This document shows positions 11,101-21,068 of a DNA stretch of 64,000 nt, piece after piece (the first letter of the stretch is position 1; each line of letters starts with the position of its first letter). Under the pieces are notes generated by a model. The model did no database searches and was not told the origin of the DNA. It saw only the letters and a program-made list of their open reading frames with translations. The position numbers and the translations under genes were made by a program. This stretch comes from a virus: IMG/VR virus record IMGVR_UViG_3300028394_000038. The stretch is one strand, 5' to 3'.

Positions 11101-14100
11101 GTTGCAATAGATCCAGCATTAGGTCTCATACAAACAAAATTAGACAATGCTAAAGATCGTATTGCTGATAACGTAGTTGCGTTTACTAGCAAATATAAAC
11201 CAAATGGCAAGAAGATTGTTGTACAAGTTGCGGCCGGTAACTATGTTGAAGACAATCCAGTTATCATTCCAGACAATACAAGCGTACTAGGCGCAAGTCT
11301 TCGTGCCTGTGACATTCGTCCGTTAAATGCTAACCAAGACATGTTCCGTTTACGTAACGGTGCATACTTTGGTGAGTTTACTTTCCGAGATGCAGTTGAT
11401 GCGAGTGGCGTGCCAACATTCACTTTTGACTACGCTACTTCGTTTGATGATGCTACTGACATTTACACTAGTCGTCTTGGTTATACTAATATGCCTATTA
11501 GTAAACCTATTATTACTGTATCTCCATATATTCAAAACGTTTCCATCTTAAGTTTCTTAGGTGGTAACGGCGCAAAGGTTGACGGTAACCTAGTTGAAAC
11601 TCCTAACATTCCGTTGATTAGAGAAACTGCTGAATTCCCATTAAGTGGTCCAGCACCTGAACAAGGTAAGTCATTTGTTGCTAACGCATTTACCACATTG
11701 AGCTTTGGCGGTACTGGCTGGCGTATTATTAACGATGCCTATGCTCAGATTGTGTCATGCTTCCAGATTTTCATGTTGAACGGTTCGTATGCTCAGTCAG
11801 GCGGATATCTATCTGTTACTAACTCTGCTACTAACTTTGGTATCTATGCGCTTCGTGCATCTGGTTACAGCCCAAATGCATTTGCCTTTGACAAAGGTTA
11901 TATTGCATCAACTGGAACTAGCAACAGTAAACAGACTCTTACTACTCTAGGATTTGGTCGTGCGCCAACACAAGATTATGTTTTAAGATTTAGAAGCCCC
12001 GACTATAAGGTTGCCTATGACTTATTGTTAGCCAGCAAACTTGCAATACAGAACGCAACTATAACTTGGATTAATTTAACATATCCAAGTTTAACATATA
12101 ACAATGCAACTTGTTTTAGAGACGTTGGCCTGATCATCGATGCTGTTGCTTATGATACCTTCACTGGTGGTAACAGCAAGAGCGTAGAAGCCGCTACAAG
12201 TTACTATAAAGGCTCTACATCTAGTCAAATAGTTATAACTGGACAACTAACTGAAACTATTGCGGCAATTAATTATGCTAGAAGTCTAGCGTTGACTGCT
12301 GTTTCTAATAGCGGACTAGGCACATATGTTGGTAGTAAGTTTGATATTATTACCAACGGCCTTGCAGACCCAGCGGGAGTTCCTGTATCAGTTGGCTACG
12401 GTAATATTGGTGATATTACCAACAACTACAAACCGGCGGCAGTTAGTGTATCATTTGATGCGGCAGTTAATATAAATCCCGCCCTTGACACTATTACCAT
12501 TAACGCACACGGATTCACAAACGGTCAAGCAATTGTTTATCACGCAAATGACAATCCAGAAATTCCAGGATTAAACAACGAGCAAACTTACTATGTCAGT
12601 TATGTTGACCTTGATACCATTCGATTGACATTTGACGAAGGCGGAACTGTTTCTGTAGACATTAGAGCCACAGGTGTTGGTACACATTTCTTCTTTAAAA
12701 ATATTCAAGAGTTCTTTGTTGATGAAATACTTGAAAGTCATAACACCTATCAAGAACTAACTCTACAAGCTGGCTCATATAACTTTGTGCCAGGTAGTGA
12801 AATTACTGGCGTAACTGGCACTTCTAGTAACAATGCATTTGTGTATAGTTATGATCCAGTTAGCTATAAACTAGTTGTTAGTCTAAACAAAGTTACTGTT
12901 GGTGCAAGTATTATTCGAAATGCCTTTGCGGCCAACAGTACTATTAATTCAGATAACGGTGCACCTGCTACAACAAATATTGTAGTAAGTGATGTACTTG
13001 CTATCAATACATTATACTCTGCTAGATTTAGCGTACAGGGCACAACTGGAAACGGTCTACTAACTAACCTAGGTAATCTTCCAAATAAACAAATTTGGCT
13101 ACATCGTCCAAGTATTGTTAACAGTTCTGGACACACTTGGGAATATGCTGGATCGGGTGTTGACTACAATGCCCTACCACAAAACGGTGGACAAAGTATT
13201 TTCAAATATGAACAGTACAGTGATTTGCCAGGTCGAGTTTACTCTTCAGGTACTAACGAACTAGGTGACTTTAAAGTTGGTGACTTCATTAAGGCTGAAA
13301 ACAAAACTGGTAATGTTAGCTTTACCAACAAGGTATCAGTTGCACAGTTAGATGCACTACGTCTAGCGGTGGGTAATATTGTTATTGACTTTATCAGTGA
13401 TGACGTTGACCTAGGTGATAATGAACCAGGTGGCGCAAGTAACAGTCGTCTAACAACACAGTTAGCCATTCGTACATTCTTATCAAACAGACTAGGCGGA
13501 TTCATTGACAAGGCTGTAAGTACCAATGCTGTACCGGGTGCGGTTATTCAGTTGAATAGCTCAGGTCAGATTAATCCAGACTTGTTGCCTGCGGTCCGTG
13601 CCTTCAACTCAGCTAAGAGCAAGGGCTTCTATAGCAGACTAAGTCTAGTTGAAGAAGTACCTGCCTACGATTTCCTAAACGGTGACATTGTAACTGAAGA
13701 ATATGCCACAGTACAGTTGACATTAAGTGCGGCAATTTCAGCACCTGTTGGTTCACTAGTTGTTCAAGCAACTACAGGCGCCAGTGGTTACCTAATTGGC
13801 GATGTACTTGCTGAAACAGTTATCACAGTTGCCAGTGTGGGCGCATCTTTTAGTGCGGCATTTAATACTGTAGATAATTTAACAGTAGCCGGTGATGCTA
13901 CACCTTCTACAGGCAACGGAGTCGTAAAGCCAAACTTGGTAGGTACTGTGGCTAGTAACGTGCCTGCAAACTTTGTATTGTCAAATGCCAATGAAGGGCA
14001 ATATTTAAATCTACGTGCAGATCAAAGTTACAGCTTTACCAACGGCACAATTGTTACCAGTGCTAATGATAACGTACAAGGTACTGTTACATCTACAAGA

Positions 14101-17100
14101 TTTGGAGTATTAGATACTGTAGACAACGGAAGCATTACTCCAGGAACATTGTATACTCCACTATCTGGATCAGTTACTTACTCTTACGTTGCACTAACTA
14201 ATATTTCAGGAAGTGGTACTGGTGGTATTGCAGATATTACTGTAACCAATGGTGCTGTTAGCAGTGTTGACTTACGTAGAGGCGGTACCGGTTATGCTGT
14301 AGGAGATGTTCTATCAGCGGCTAGCGGTACCATTGGCGGAACAGGTAGTGGCTTCAGAATCCCAGTAACTGGTATCGAACAGCGTGTATACCTTAGCTTG
14401 CTAGGTGGTGAAAGATTTACAGCTACACTAGCAAGTCCAAACTTTATTGCTGATAATAATGCTCCAGTAAAAGCAATAACTGCTACCGGTACATCTACAA
14501 AAACATTTAGTGCTAATTCAATTGGTGGTAATGTAAACTATGTTACCAGTCGAATCACTATTACCGGCCACACATATGCAGACGGCGATCCAGTAAAATA
14601 TGTCAGCAGTCCAAACACTGCTATTGATCCGTTGGTCAATGCCGAAGTCTATTATGTAAATGTTTATGATGCTAATACCATTGAGCTGTACGAAGACTAT
14701 GCGTTGATACAAAAAGTTGTATTTACAAGTTCAAGTACTGGTAATCATACTCTAACAATCTTTAATGCCAACGTAATTGATAACTCATTCTATTATGCGG
14801 CACATGGATTAACTACAGGTGACCCATTAAGACTAACAGGATCAAGTTTACCATTAGTCGGCGGCTCTGCTATTGTTACTGGTACATTCTATTTTGCCGG
14901 TTCAATAACTGCAAACTCATTTACTATCCATGCATCAAGAAGTGAAGCATTAGCAAGTATTAACGGTCTTGTAACTAATAAAATTGTGTTCACTACTACA
15001 GGTAGTGGTACACTGACATTTACCAAACAGAACGTACAGGTATTTGGAACTGTAAACACTAGTTCTACAAACAAAGACAACTGGAGCTCATTGAGTGCTA
15101 CCACTATTGATGCTTCAAGCATTACCGGTGGCGTTATCTCAACAAGTCGTTTAGCAGGTACTGGTAGTGCTAATGATACTACATTTCTACGTGGTGATAG
15201 TTCATGGCGCACAGCAGTTCAAAGTATTAGAGAAGTCAACACACCGTTGACATTTACTGGTTCTTATAATACCGTTGGTAGTAACAATTATTACTATGGC
15301 GATGTACAATTAGACATTGAAAAGGTTGACAGCAACAGTGGAGACGACAACTACACTAATCTAGGTGTTGCTAAATTCCGTAAGACACAATTTGCTGTTG
15401 GAACTAGTGTTGCGGCCGGCGAAGTTTATATTAAAGACGGCGTAGTTGATGCAGGTACCTTAGACAGTTTAGACAGCGCATACTTTTTAAATCCTGCTAA
15501 CCTAACTAGTAACGTGCCTGTTACACGTGGCGGAACTAATATTAGTTCGTATGCTGTGGGTGATTTATTGTATGCTAGTGCTACTAGTATTTTAAGTAAG
15601 GTAGCGATTGGGCCAGCTAATACCATATTAACCAGTGACGGCACTAAGCCTGCTTGGAGATCTAGTCTAACAGTTGACGGTGCATTGACTGTTGGCAGTC
15701 CGGCAGAACAAGCTCTTATTGTTACAACAGGCGGAGCTAACATTGGCGGCAACTTGTGGGTTGGTAAAAATGGGTACATAACAGGCGATTTGAATGTTAC
15801 TGGTAATGTAAACATTAAAGGTTCAATACTAACTATTAATTCAACTACAGTTAACGTTGACGATAAGAATATTGAATTAGGCAGTGTATCTACACTATCA
15901 GATTTATCGGGTACTATTAGTGGAAACATAGTAGCAGGATTAATAGACACGTCCGGATTAACTAGCGGAATGAGATTAGTTAAAACTACTGGTGCCGGGG
16001 CATTTGGTGGTATTACTGTTATCAATACTATTGTTAACCCGACAACAATTACTGTAACCCCAACAACTGCAAACACAGATGGTACTATCACGTTTGATGT
16101 ATTAACCGCAACTAATGCCACAGCAGACGGTGGCGGCATTACACTAAAAGGTACAACTGACAAAACATTCAATTGGGTCAACTCAACTAGCGCATGGACC
16201 TCAAGTGAGCACATGAACCTTGCCGCTGGTAAAGAATATCGAATTGGTGGTATAACTGTACTAACAAGTGCAAGAGTATTAGGCAAGCTACCAGGCGGAA
16301 CTACTACTGGTGACTTGGTTGATATTGACAGCACACAAACATTAACTAATAAAACCCTAACTAATCCTATAATTAGTGGAACAACTACCAGCATTACTAA
16401 CATTGGCACATTAGCAATAAGAGATGCCAGTGCGGCTTTTGATGTAACACTTGCGGCCAACAGCTCAACTGCGCTAACAGCAGGTCGTACATTAACCCTT
16501 GACATGGTCAATGCGGCAAGAACTATTAAGCTAGGCGGCAATTTAACTCTAGCCAATAACTTTACAACTGTTGGCAATGCTATAACATTAACAGTAAGTG
16601 GTGCAACTAACGTTACAGTACCAACTACAGGTACATTGGCTACCTTAGACGGTACAGAAACATTTACTAACAAGACACTAACAAGTCCAGTGATTGGTAC
16701 TATTGTTAATACAGGTACATTGACACTGCCAACAACTACAGATACTATTGTTGGTCGTGCTACTACTGATACACTATCTAACAAGACCTTGACATTACCT
16801 AAGATTAATGACACAAGTTCAGACCATACATATAATTTTGCAGTCAGCGAGTTAACGGCTAATAGAACTATAACCTTGCCACTATTAACAGGTAATGATA
16901 CGTTTGCGTTTATTGGTCAAACTCAGACATTTACTAACAAAACATTTACTGATGCTAGTACTTACTTCCAAGACGAAGCTGATAATCTTAAAAAATTACA
17001 GTTTCAACTAAGCGGAATTACTAGCGGAGTTACTCGTACATTAACTATTAATGATGTTAGCGGAACTATTGTAACAACAGGCGACACTGGTTCTATTACC

Positions 17101-18798
17101 AGCACCATGATTGCCAATGACACTATTGTTAATGCTGATATTAACTCGGCGGCTGCTATTGCCTATAGCAAACTAAGTTTGGGTAATAGTATTGTTAATG
17201 CAGATGTAAGTAGCACAGCGGCAATTGCCTATAGCAAATTAAGTTTAGGTAATAGTATTGTCAATGCTGATGTAAGTACTAGTGCGGCGATTGCTTATAG
17301 CAAACTAAACTTATCAGCAAGTATTGTTAATGCTGACATTAGTGCAAGTGCGGCGATTGCAACAAGTAAAATTGCTGGCTTGGCTGCTTCAGCAACTACT
17401 GACACAACTAATGCAAGTAACATTACAAGTGGGTCATTACCAAACGCACGTTTAACTTACAGTAGTATTACTATTGGTACTACTCCAATTAGCTTAGGAT
17501 CGTCAAGTACAACACTAGCCGGATTGACTAGTGTAACATCAACAACTTTTGTCGGAGCATTAAGTGGTAATGCTACTACAGCAACCAACGGAGTCGTTAC
17601 TACAGGTAGTTATAGTGACCCAAGTTGGTTAACAATTAGTAAGAGTAAAGTTGGTTTAGGTAACGTTGATAATACTGCTGATGCAAACAAATCAGTTAAC
17701 TATGCTACTAGCGCAGGTAGTGCCTCAGCAAATGACGTATATCCTTGGGCCAAGTCTTCTACTAAGCCAAGCTATACTAAATCAGAAGTTGGGTTAGGAA
17801 ATGTTGACAATACCGCCGACGCTAATAAATCAGTGAGTAATGCAACTACGGCTGGTGGTTTAGCAGTTGCTACTGGTCGAAATAATAGTGCTAATCAAAT
17901 TGTTCGCACTGATGCTAATGGTTATTTACAAACAGGCTACATCAACTCTAGCAACGGTGACGAAGGCAACAACAGTAGCCCAAGTAGAGTCTGGGGTACA
18001 AATGGTAGTGATAGTTATTTACGAACATACTTAACTAGTGCGTTAAGTGTTAGTTATGCGGCAACAGCAGGTAGTGTAAGTGGTACTGTAGCTAATGCAA
18101 CTAACGCAACTAATGCAACTAACGCGACTAATGCAACCTATGCACGTTATGTTTATGATAACGGTGCCTACAGCGGCGGTGCCGCTTATAGAGAACCATC
18201 TGGTATGTACGTTGTTTATGCGGCATCGGCAGGCAGTGCACCGGCTAGTGACGTTTACTCTTGGGCTAAACAACCTAATCCGCCTGCGGCAGGTACTGCA
18301 ACTTATGTGGGAGCCAGCGGATATACTGCGGTGTCAGGAGTTGTTACTATAGCAGGCAGTGGCGATACTAGTGTTACACAAAGTGGTAATACAATTACTA
18401 TTAGCTCCAATACCACTGCGGTATATGCGGCTGACTTAGCTGAGAATTATCAAGCTGATGCGGTCTATGAGCCTGGAACTGTACTAATGTTTGGTGGAGA
18501 GTTTGAAGTAACTGTAGCCGATGAAGATACTATTCGAGTCGCTGGTATTGTTTCCACAGACCCAGCTTACCTAATGAACATTGGGTTAGAGGGCGATAAG
18601 GTAGTTGCTCTAGCATTGACTGGTCGAGTGCCATGTAAGGTTAAGGGCAAAATACGCAAGGGCGATATGCTAGTTTCAGCTGGTGGCGGATATGCCCGTG
18701 CTACTGATAACCCAAGATTAGGTGCAATTATTGGTAAAGCTCTAGAAAACTTTGACGGTGATGAGGGTGTTATCGAAGTAGTTGTAGGAAGAATTTAA
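8113..18798 (+). CDS. giant virion/tail-fibre protein 1 (3561 aa): beta-helix core, five CxRD helical repeats, fibre repeats, C-terminal chaperone-like domain
   Basis: T/S/G/N/V-rich. Pectin-lyase-like motifs (GDDNNDG..P..T..RA, VAAGNYVEDNP, SPYIQN), TLTNKT repeats, two VGLGNVDNT motifs, C-terminal ADLAENY...GRVPCKV...GAIIGK. Confidence 0.85.
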   Translation: MSVISADAFRRIVLVDNLGTTQPVLRADDRNDVLTIRAGTGISIQKDEGDVNAGFTIYNTGEPGPTSIDDILEIPTIGERPQPAGVSWKPMELGKLTVQDYLPDNLTKTTKMFYTGHGVQAPTNSSLSLTVAGTGTVIVDGTSALRLPVGDIASRPGTTIGTVQAGQIRFNSEIPRFEGYDGRGWNTLGGVSSIDGGTTIAPDPTLPILNFNANGYLVATMSSLNTKIFSPGLVIPTGTTAERPPAIVGQIRFNTQNTQFEGYNGSGWSSLGGVRDIDGNTYIVPELGPGTNENTLYFVTNANLALTLDGSRLSLQNGRSLMFREGIASGNQTATIAPPTNITSSYTLKLPTSLGSAGSVLGVDGSGQLEFVNADSSAGSKINVSELFGDDNNDGFSRPVRTLKRALQIASGYVYSPTFIYEEEVCRRDAGLIIDSLGWDLVTGSNWRSLKSGLTYFNATALPVITTQRPQTIQAVSFLKRKVLDLVTSEPTVTTTLTSLSNEIIDILTNGVGAANAVSMPALAGTPSGVENAKNLLLSNANFLVAETIAWINYQAANNIAPFDKSISYDETKCRRDTGLILDAVGFDLALGTNYNAVTTGLAYQRYSYTTLPSQKTVTLSAIQFAKTNTLALAGVSADGTATTRAGAAFNEIIDIITNGIVQTATAADALIFPTPTGASSNKTNAKDQLIANKDFLKAEVIAWLNLNYPSVGFDPALCSRDMGYIIDALCYDVLYGGDSASIQVAQTYFTGSGAQVLPLFQRAATVAAFNRLSEIAQQVIIKDEVVPTAGNTVSQDIINPAGTTTESNIVFTLISYITSSIASNTTAGLPSVTYPSVTWSDAGLQTAKSAIASARSTIINDTIININASNPFTYDSAKCARDTAFIVNSVAYDLIYGGNSQSRDAGLKYYSNVTGLTLIGSQNAQTAAAIERLRAVSIQVAQNISIVKTSGNAQNQVSGSAGSSGAAAIISARLSEIISVVSAGTSYAPTLVDPTVAIDPALGLIQTKLDNAKDRIADNVVAFTSKYKPNGKKIVVQVAAGNYVEDNPVIIPDNTSVLGASLRACDIRPLNANQDMFRLRNGAYFGEFTFRDAVDASGVPTFTFDYATSFDDATDIYTSRLGYTNMPISKPIITVSPYIQNVSILSFLGGNGAKVDGNLVETPNIPLIRETAEFPLSGPAPEQGKSFVANAFTTLSFGGTGWRIINDAYAQIVSCFQIFMLNGSYAQSGGYLSVTNSATNFGIYALRASGYSPNAFAFDKGYIASTGTSNSKQTLTTLGFGRAPTQDYVLRFRSPDYKVAYDLLLASKLAIQNATITWINLTYPSLTYNNATCFRDVGLIIDAVAYDTFTGGNSKSVEAATSYYKGSTSSQIVITGQLTETIAAINYARSLALTAVSNSGLGTYVGSKFDIITNGLADPAGVPVSVGYGNIGDITNNYKPAAVSVSFDAAVNINPALDTITINAHGFTNGQAIVYHANDNPEIPGLNNEQTYYVSYVDLDTIRLTFDEGGTVSVDIRATGVGTHFFFKNIQEFFVDEILESHNTYQELTLQAGSYNFVPGSEITGVTGTSSNNAFVYSYDPVSYKLVVSLNKVTVGASIIRNAFAANSTINSDNGAPATTNIVVSDVLAINTLYSARFSVQGTTGNGLLTNLGNLPNKQIWLHRPSIVNSSGHTWEYAGSGVDYNALPQNGGQSIFKYEQYSDLPGRVYSSGTNELGDFKVGDFIKAENKTGNVSFTNKVSVAQLDALRLAVGNIVIDFISDDVDLGDNEPGGASNSRLTTQLAIRTFLSNRLGGFIDKAVSTNAVPGAVIQLNSSGQINPDLLPAVRAFNSAKSKGFYSRLSLVEEVPAYDFLNGDIVTEEYATVQLTLSAAISAPVGSLVVQATTGASGYLIGDVLAETVITVASVGASFSAAFNTVDNLTVAGDATPSTGNGVVKPNLVGTVASNVPANFVLSNANEGQYLNLRADQSYSFTNGTIVTSANDNVQGTVTSTRFGVLDTVDNGSITPGTLYTPLSGSVTYSYVALTNISGSGTGGIADITVTNGAVSSVDLRRGGTGYAVGDVLSAASGTIGGTGSGFRIPVTGIEQRVYLSLLGGERFTATLASPNFIADNNAPVKAITATGTSTKTFSANSIGGNVNYVTSRITITGHTYADGDPVKYVSSPNTAIDPLVNAEVYYVNVYDANTIELYEDYALIQKVVFTSSSTGNHTLTIFNANVIDNSFYYAAHGLTTGDPLRLTGSSLPLVGGSAIVTGTFYFAGSITANSFTIHASRSEALASINGLVTNKIVFTTTGSGTLTFTKQNVQVFGTVNTSSTNKDNWSSLSATTIDASSITGGVISTSRLAGTGSANDTTFLRGDSSWRTAVQSIREVNTPLTFTGSYNTVGSNNYYYGDVQLDIEKVDSNSGDDNYTNLGVAKFRKTQFAVGTSVAAGEVYIKDGVVDAGTLDSLDSAYFLNPANLTSNVPVTRGGTNISSYAVGDLLYASATSILSKVAIGPANTILTSDGTKPAWRSSLTVDGALTVGSPAEQALIVTTGGANIGGNLWVGKNGYITGDLNVTGNVNIKGSILTINSTTVNVDDKNIELGSVSTLSDLSGTISGNIVAGLIDTSGLTSGMRLVKTTGAGAFGGITVINTIVNPTTITVTPTTANTDGTITFDVLTATNATADGGGITLKGTTDKTFNWVNSTSAWTSSEHMNLAAGKEYRIGGITVLTSARVLGKLPGGTTTGDLVDIDSTQTLTNKTLTNPIISGTTTSITNIGTLAIRDASAAFDVTLAANSSTALTAGRTLTLDMVNAARTIKLGGNLTLANNFTTVGNAITLTVSGATNVTVPTTGTLATLDGTETFTNKTLTSPVIGTIVNTGTLTLPTTTDTIVGRATTDTLSNKTLTLPKINDTSSDHTYNFAVSELTANRTITLPLLTGNDTFAFIGQTQTFTNKTFTDASTYFQDEADNLKKLQFQLSGITSGVTRTLTINDVSGTIVTTGDTGSITSTMIANDTIVNADINSAAAIAYSKLSLGNSIVNADVSSTAAIAYSKLSLGNSIVNADVSTSAAIAYSKLNLSASIVNADISASAAIATSKIAGLAASATTDTTNASNITSGSLPNARLTYSSITIGTTPISLGSSSTTLAGLTSVTSTTFVGALSGNATTATNGVVTTGSYSDPSWLTISKSKVGLGNVDNTADANKSVNYATSAGSASANDVYPWAKSSTKPSYTKSEVGLGNVDNTADANKSVSNATTAGGLAVATGRNNSANQIVRTDANGYLQTGYINSSNGDEGNNSSPSRVWGTNGSDSYLRTYLTSALSVSYAATAGSVSGTVANATNATNATNATNATYARYVYDNGAYSGGAAYREPSGMYVVYAASAGSAPASDVYSWAKQPNPPAAGTATYVGASGYTAVSGVVTIAGSGDTSVTQSGNTITISSNTTAVYAADLAENYQADAVYEPGTVLMFGGEFEVTVADEDTIRVAGIVSTDPAYLMNIGLEGDKVVALALTGRVPCKVKGKIRKGDMLVSAGGGYARATDNPRLGAIIGKALENFDGDEGVIEVVVGRI
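17125..17373 (+). repeat. intragenic 66-nt (22-aa) tandem repeat, 4 copies: IVNADxxxxAAIAYSKLSLGNS
   Basis: Copies start at 17125, 17191, 17257 and 17323. Confidence 0.9.
18094..18138 (+). repeat. 9-nt (NAT) tandem repeat, 5 copies
   Basis: aatgcaact aacgcaact aatgcaact aacgcgact aatgcaacc. Confidence 0.85.
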
Positions 18799-18801
18799 AC
18801 G

Positions 18802-18808
18802 ATAAATA
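18802..18808 (+). promoter_or_regulatory. T4-like late promoter box
   Basis: ATAAATA in the intergenic gap before 18827. Confidence 0.65.
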
Positions 18809-18826
18809 TTCTAAAGAGAACTGATT

Positions 18827-20350
18827 ATGAGCCAATTGCTTTCCATTGTTGATGATAAAATTGTTATTGAAAAACTAAGTCTAAAATATCTAGACGGCAA
18901 CACCACGCACGTAGGAACATTAGATATTAAGGGTGGCTTAAAAGTTGTTCAAAGCGTATCATTTGACACTGATCTTAGAGTACGTGGTACTTTAAATGTT
19001 GATACTATTAATGTTAAAAATCTTAATAGAGGTGATGCTAGTCAACTTGATGCATTTACTTTTTCAGCAGACATAGAGTCAGGATTAGACGGGCGTGGCG
19101 TAGTTTGGGGAGTGGGTGATACTTCTTATCAATTAGTGTTTAAATCACAGCCTCGCAGAATCTATTCAAGCGAATCGTTTGATATTAGTAAAAATTCTAC
19201 ATATCAAATTGACGGCGTTAATGTACTACTAAAAGACAGTTTAGGCAGTTCAATCAAACACTCAAAACTAACTGAACTTGGTACACTTACAGGATTAGAA
19301 GTAGATGGCAATGCTAATTTGGGCAACACAGTAATTGTAAACAGTTACCTAAATCGTGTTGGTATTAATACTGAAATCCCAAATGCCGCATTTAGCGTTA
19401 TGGAAAACGGCATTGAGATCGTTGTTGGTACAGAAGACAACCGTGCTGTTATTGGAACTTGGGGCAATCAAGCATTAGATATTATTACTGATAATACTTC
19501 TAGGATTAGTATACAAGGTAATACAGTAACCTTTGGTAACGAGTCTAGTAAAAATGCACAAGTTAAAATTAATGGAACACTAACTGTTGATAGTATTGTT
19601 AGCGATCTACGAGTTGAAAGAATTGCTCCAATTGAATTCTTGGAAGATAACAACAGCGGAGTTTACGGCAAAGGTTTAATTTGGAAAGCTAAGGGAGTAA
19701 GTTCTAGACAATTCTTTTTAATGCCAAACCCAGATAGATTTTATAGTACAGAGTCTATTGATCTTGCTAGCGGAAACTATTTTAGTATTGGTAAGAATTT
19801 AGTTATTAGCGAAACAGCCGTCGGTGAAGGTGTTAAAAACAGTAGTCTAGAAACACTAGGTACTTTATCTGGGTTAACAGTAGGCGGCAATGTCAATCTA
19901 AGTGACGCATTAAAAGTTATTGACTCAGCGGCAATTGCCAACAGATTGTTTACAGTAGCTTCAGGTGATGTAACTCTTAAATTAACTGCTGATAGTATCA
20001 GTGCTAGCGATAGCATTAGAGTATTTGTAAAAGACACACAAGAACTATCAGTTACTGATACTGGTATTACCGTTGGTAATAAAAATAATACTGCTAGAAC
20101 TATTAACGCATATGGCAAACTAGCAGTAAACATTACTCATCCAGATCCAGATGCGGCATTTAGCGTGGACGGGCCGGTGGTTATGAATGGCAAAAAGTTT
20201 GTAACCGCAGACGCAATGCCCACATCGGGCGAATGGAACGTCGGTGACATTGCCTGGAACTCTACACCGCAAACATCTAGCTATATTGGTTGGGTTTGTG
20301 TTATCAGCGGCAATCCGGGCGTTTGGAAACCTTTTGGACAAATTGCCTAA
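18827..20350 (+). CDS. virion structural/fibre-associated protein with internal duplication
   Basis: Two copies of G.G..W...Q.....P.R.YS.ES.D...S.L..LGTL.GL.V.G. C-terminal PTSGEWNVGDIAWN...GWVC...PGVWKPFG module. Late box upstream. Confidence 0.75.
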   Translation: MSQLLSIVDDKIVIEKLSLKYLDGNTTHVGTLDIKGGLKVVQSVSFDTDLRVRGTLNVDTINVKNLNRGDASQLDAFTFSADIESGLDGRGVVWGVGDTSYQLVFKSQPRRIYSSESFDISKNSTYQIDGVNVLLKDSLGSSIKHSKLTELGTLTGLEVDGNANLGNTVIVNSYLNRVGINTEIPNAAFSVMENGIEIVVGTEDNRAVIGTWGNQALDIITDNTSRISIQGNTVTFGNESSKNAQVKINGTLTVDSIVSDLRVERIAPIEFLEDNNSGVYGKGLIWKAKGVSSRQFFLMPNPDRFYSTESIDLASGNYFSIGKNLVISETAVGEGVKNSSLETLGTLSGLTVGGNVNLSDALKVIDSAAIANRLFTVASGDVTLKLTADSISASDSIRVFVKDTQELSVTDTGITVGNKNNTARTINAYGKLAVNITHPDPDAAFSVDGPVVMNGKKFVTADAMPTSGEWNVGDIAWNSTPQTSSYIGWVCVISGNPGVWKPFGQIA

Positions 20351-20359
20351 CCACAATCG

Positions 20360-20387
20360 TTGACTTTGTCTAATAAGAGTGTATAAT
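20360..20387 (+). promoter_or_regulatory. sigma70 promoter of queD
   Basis: TTGACT (20360-20365), 16-bp spacer, TATAAT (20382-20387). Confidence 0.7.
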
Positions 20388-20403
20388 TATTAGACACACA
20401 CAA

Positions 20404-20448
20404 AGAGGACTCTATGGCATCATCCCTCTATAAACACTCTGCAGTCAT
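20404..20448 (+). ncRNA. candidate preQ1-I-like riboswitch aptamer in the queD leader
   Basis: P1 stem AGAGG (20404-20408)/CCTCT (20425-20429), C immediately 5' of the 3' strand, then ATAAAC. Possible pseudoknot ATGGC (20414-20418)/GTCAT (20444-20448). Sits upstream of queD. Confidence 0.5.
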
Positions 20449-20480
20449 CAAACTTGCTACCTTAATAAAGGAGACTAGAG

Positions 20481-20996
20481 ATGGCAAAATTTTATTCAAC
20501 AAAAACTTACGGCAACGATAGGGGTCTATCATGCTGTTTCAGACAGTGGAGAGCGACCCATAGTCACTGCTCAACACTTCACGGATACTCAATCGGTATT
20601 AAACTAATATTTGAATGCGACACACTAGATGACAAAAACTGGTGTATGGACTTTGGCGGTCTTAAAGAATTCAAAGCATGGGCAGATCATATGTTTGATC
20701 ACACTTTGGTGATTGCTATTGATGATCCTATGATGCCTTTTTTCAAACAAATGGCCGCACAAGTCAACATGAGCTCTGAAGATCCTTCTAGCATTATTCC
20801 TCACAAACGTGGTGCTATTTGCGATATTAGAGTAGTAGATGGCGTAGGCTGTGAAATGTTTGCCAAAATGGCGTATGACAAAATGGCTGAACTTTTGGCT
20901 AGTGGCGATATGCGTTACCCAATTAACCCGACAGTAAGAGTTAAATCAGTTGAAGTATTTGAACACGGTGCTAACTCAGCTACATACGAAGGTTAA
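20481..20996 (+). CDS. queD: 6-carboxy-5,6,7,8-tetrahydropterin synthase (QueD/PTPS family)
   Basis: HCSTLHGYS, MDFGGLK, FDHT, terminal EVFEHGANSATY. AAGGAG RBS. Confidence 0.88.
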   Translation: MAKFYSTKTYGNDRGLSCCFRQWRATHSHCSTLHGYSIGIKLIFECDTLDDKNWCMDFGGLKEFKAWADHMFDHTLVIAIDDPMMPFFKQMAAQVNMSSEDPSSIIPHKRGAICDIRVVDGVGCEMFAKMAYDKMAELLASGDMRYPINPTVRVKSVEVFEHGANSATYEG

Positions 20997-21008
20997 TAAT
21001 CTTTGGAC

Positions 21009-21037
21009 TTGACCTAAATAGGCGTACATGCTATAAT
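21009..21037 (+). promoter_or_regulatory. sigma70 promoter with extended -10
   Basis: TTGACC (21009-21014), 17-bp spacer ending in TGC, TATAAT (21032-21037). The spacer also contains TAAATA. Confidence 0.75.
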
Positions 21038-21068
21038 GCTGTATGTCTATTTTTTTTGATTGGTAACT

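Noticed and set aside
15426-16814. 462-aa antisense ORF inside giant protein 1
   Set aside because: Shadow ORF caused by Thr/Gly/Asn-rich codon bias on the plus strand. V/L/P-rich, with no RBS or recognisable motif.
17125-17373. Regular 66-nt repeats resembling a CRISPR array in period
   Set aside because: In-frame protein repeats with synonymous variation, no unique spacers and no cas genes.
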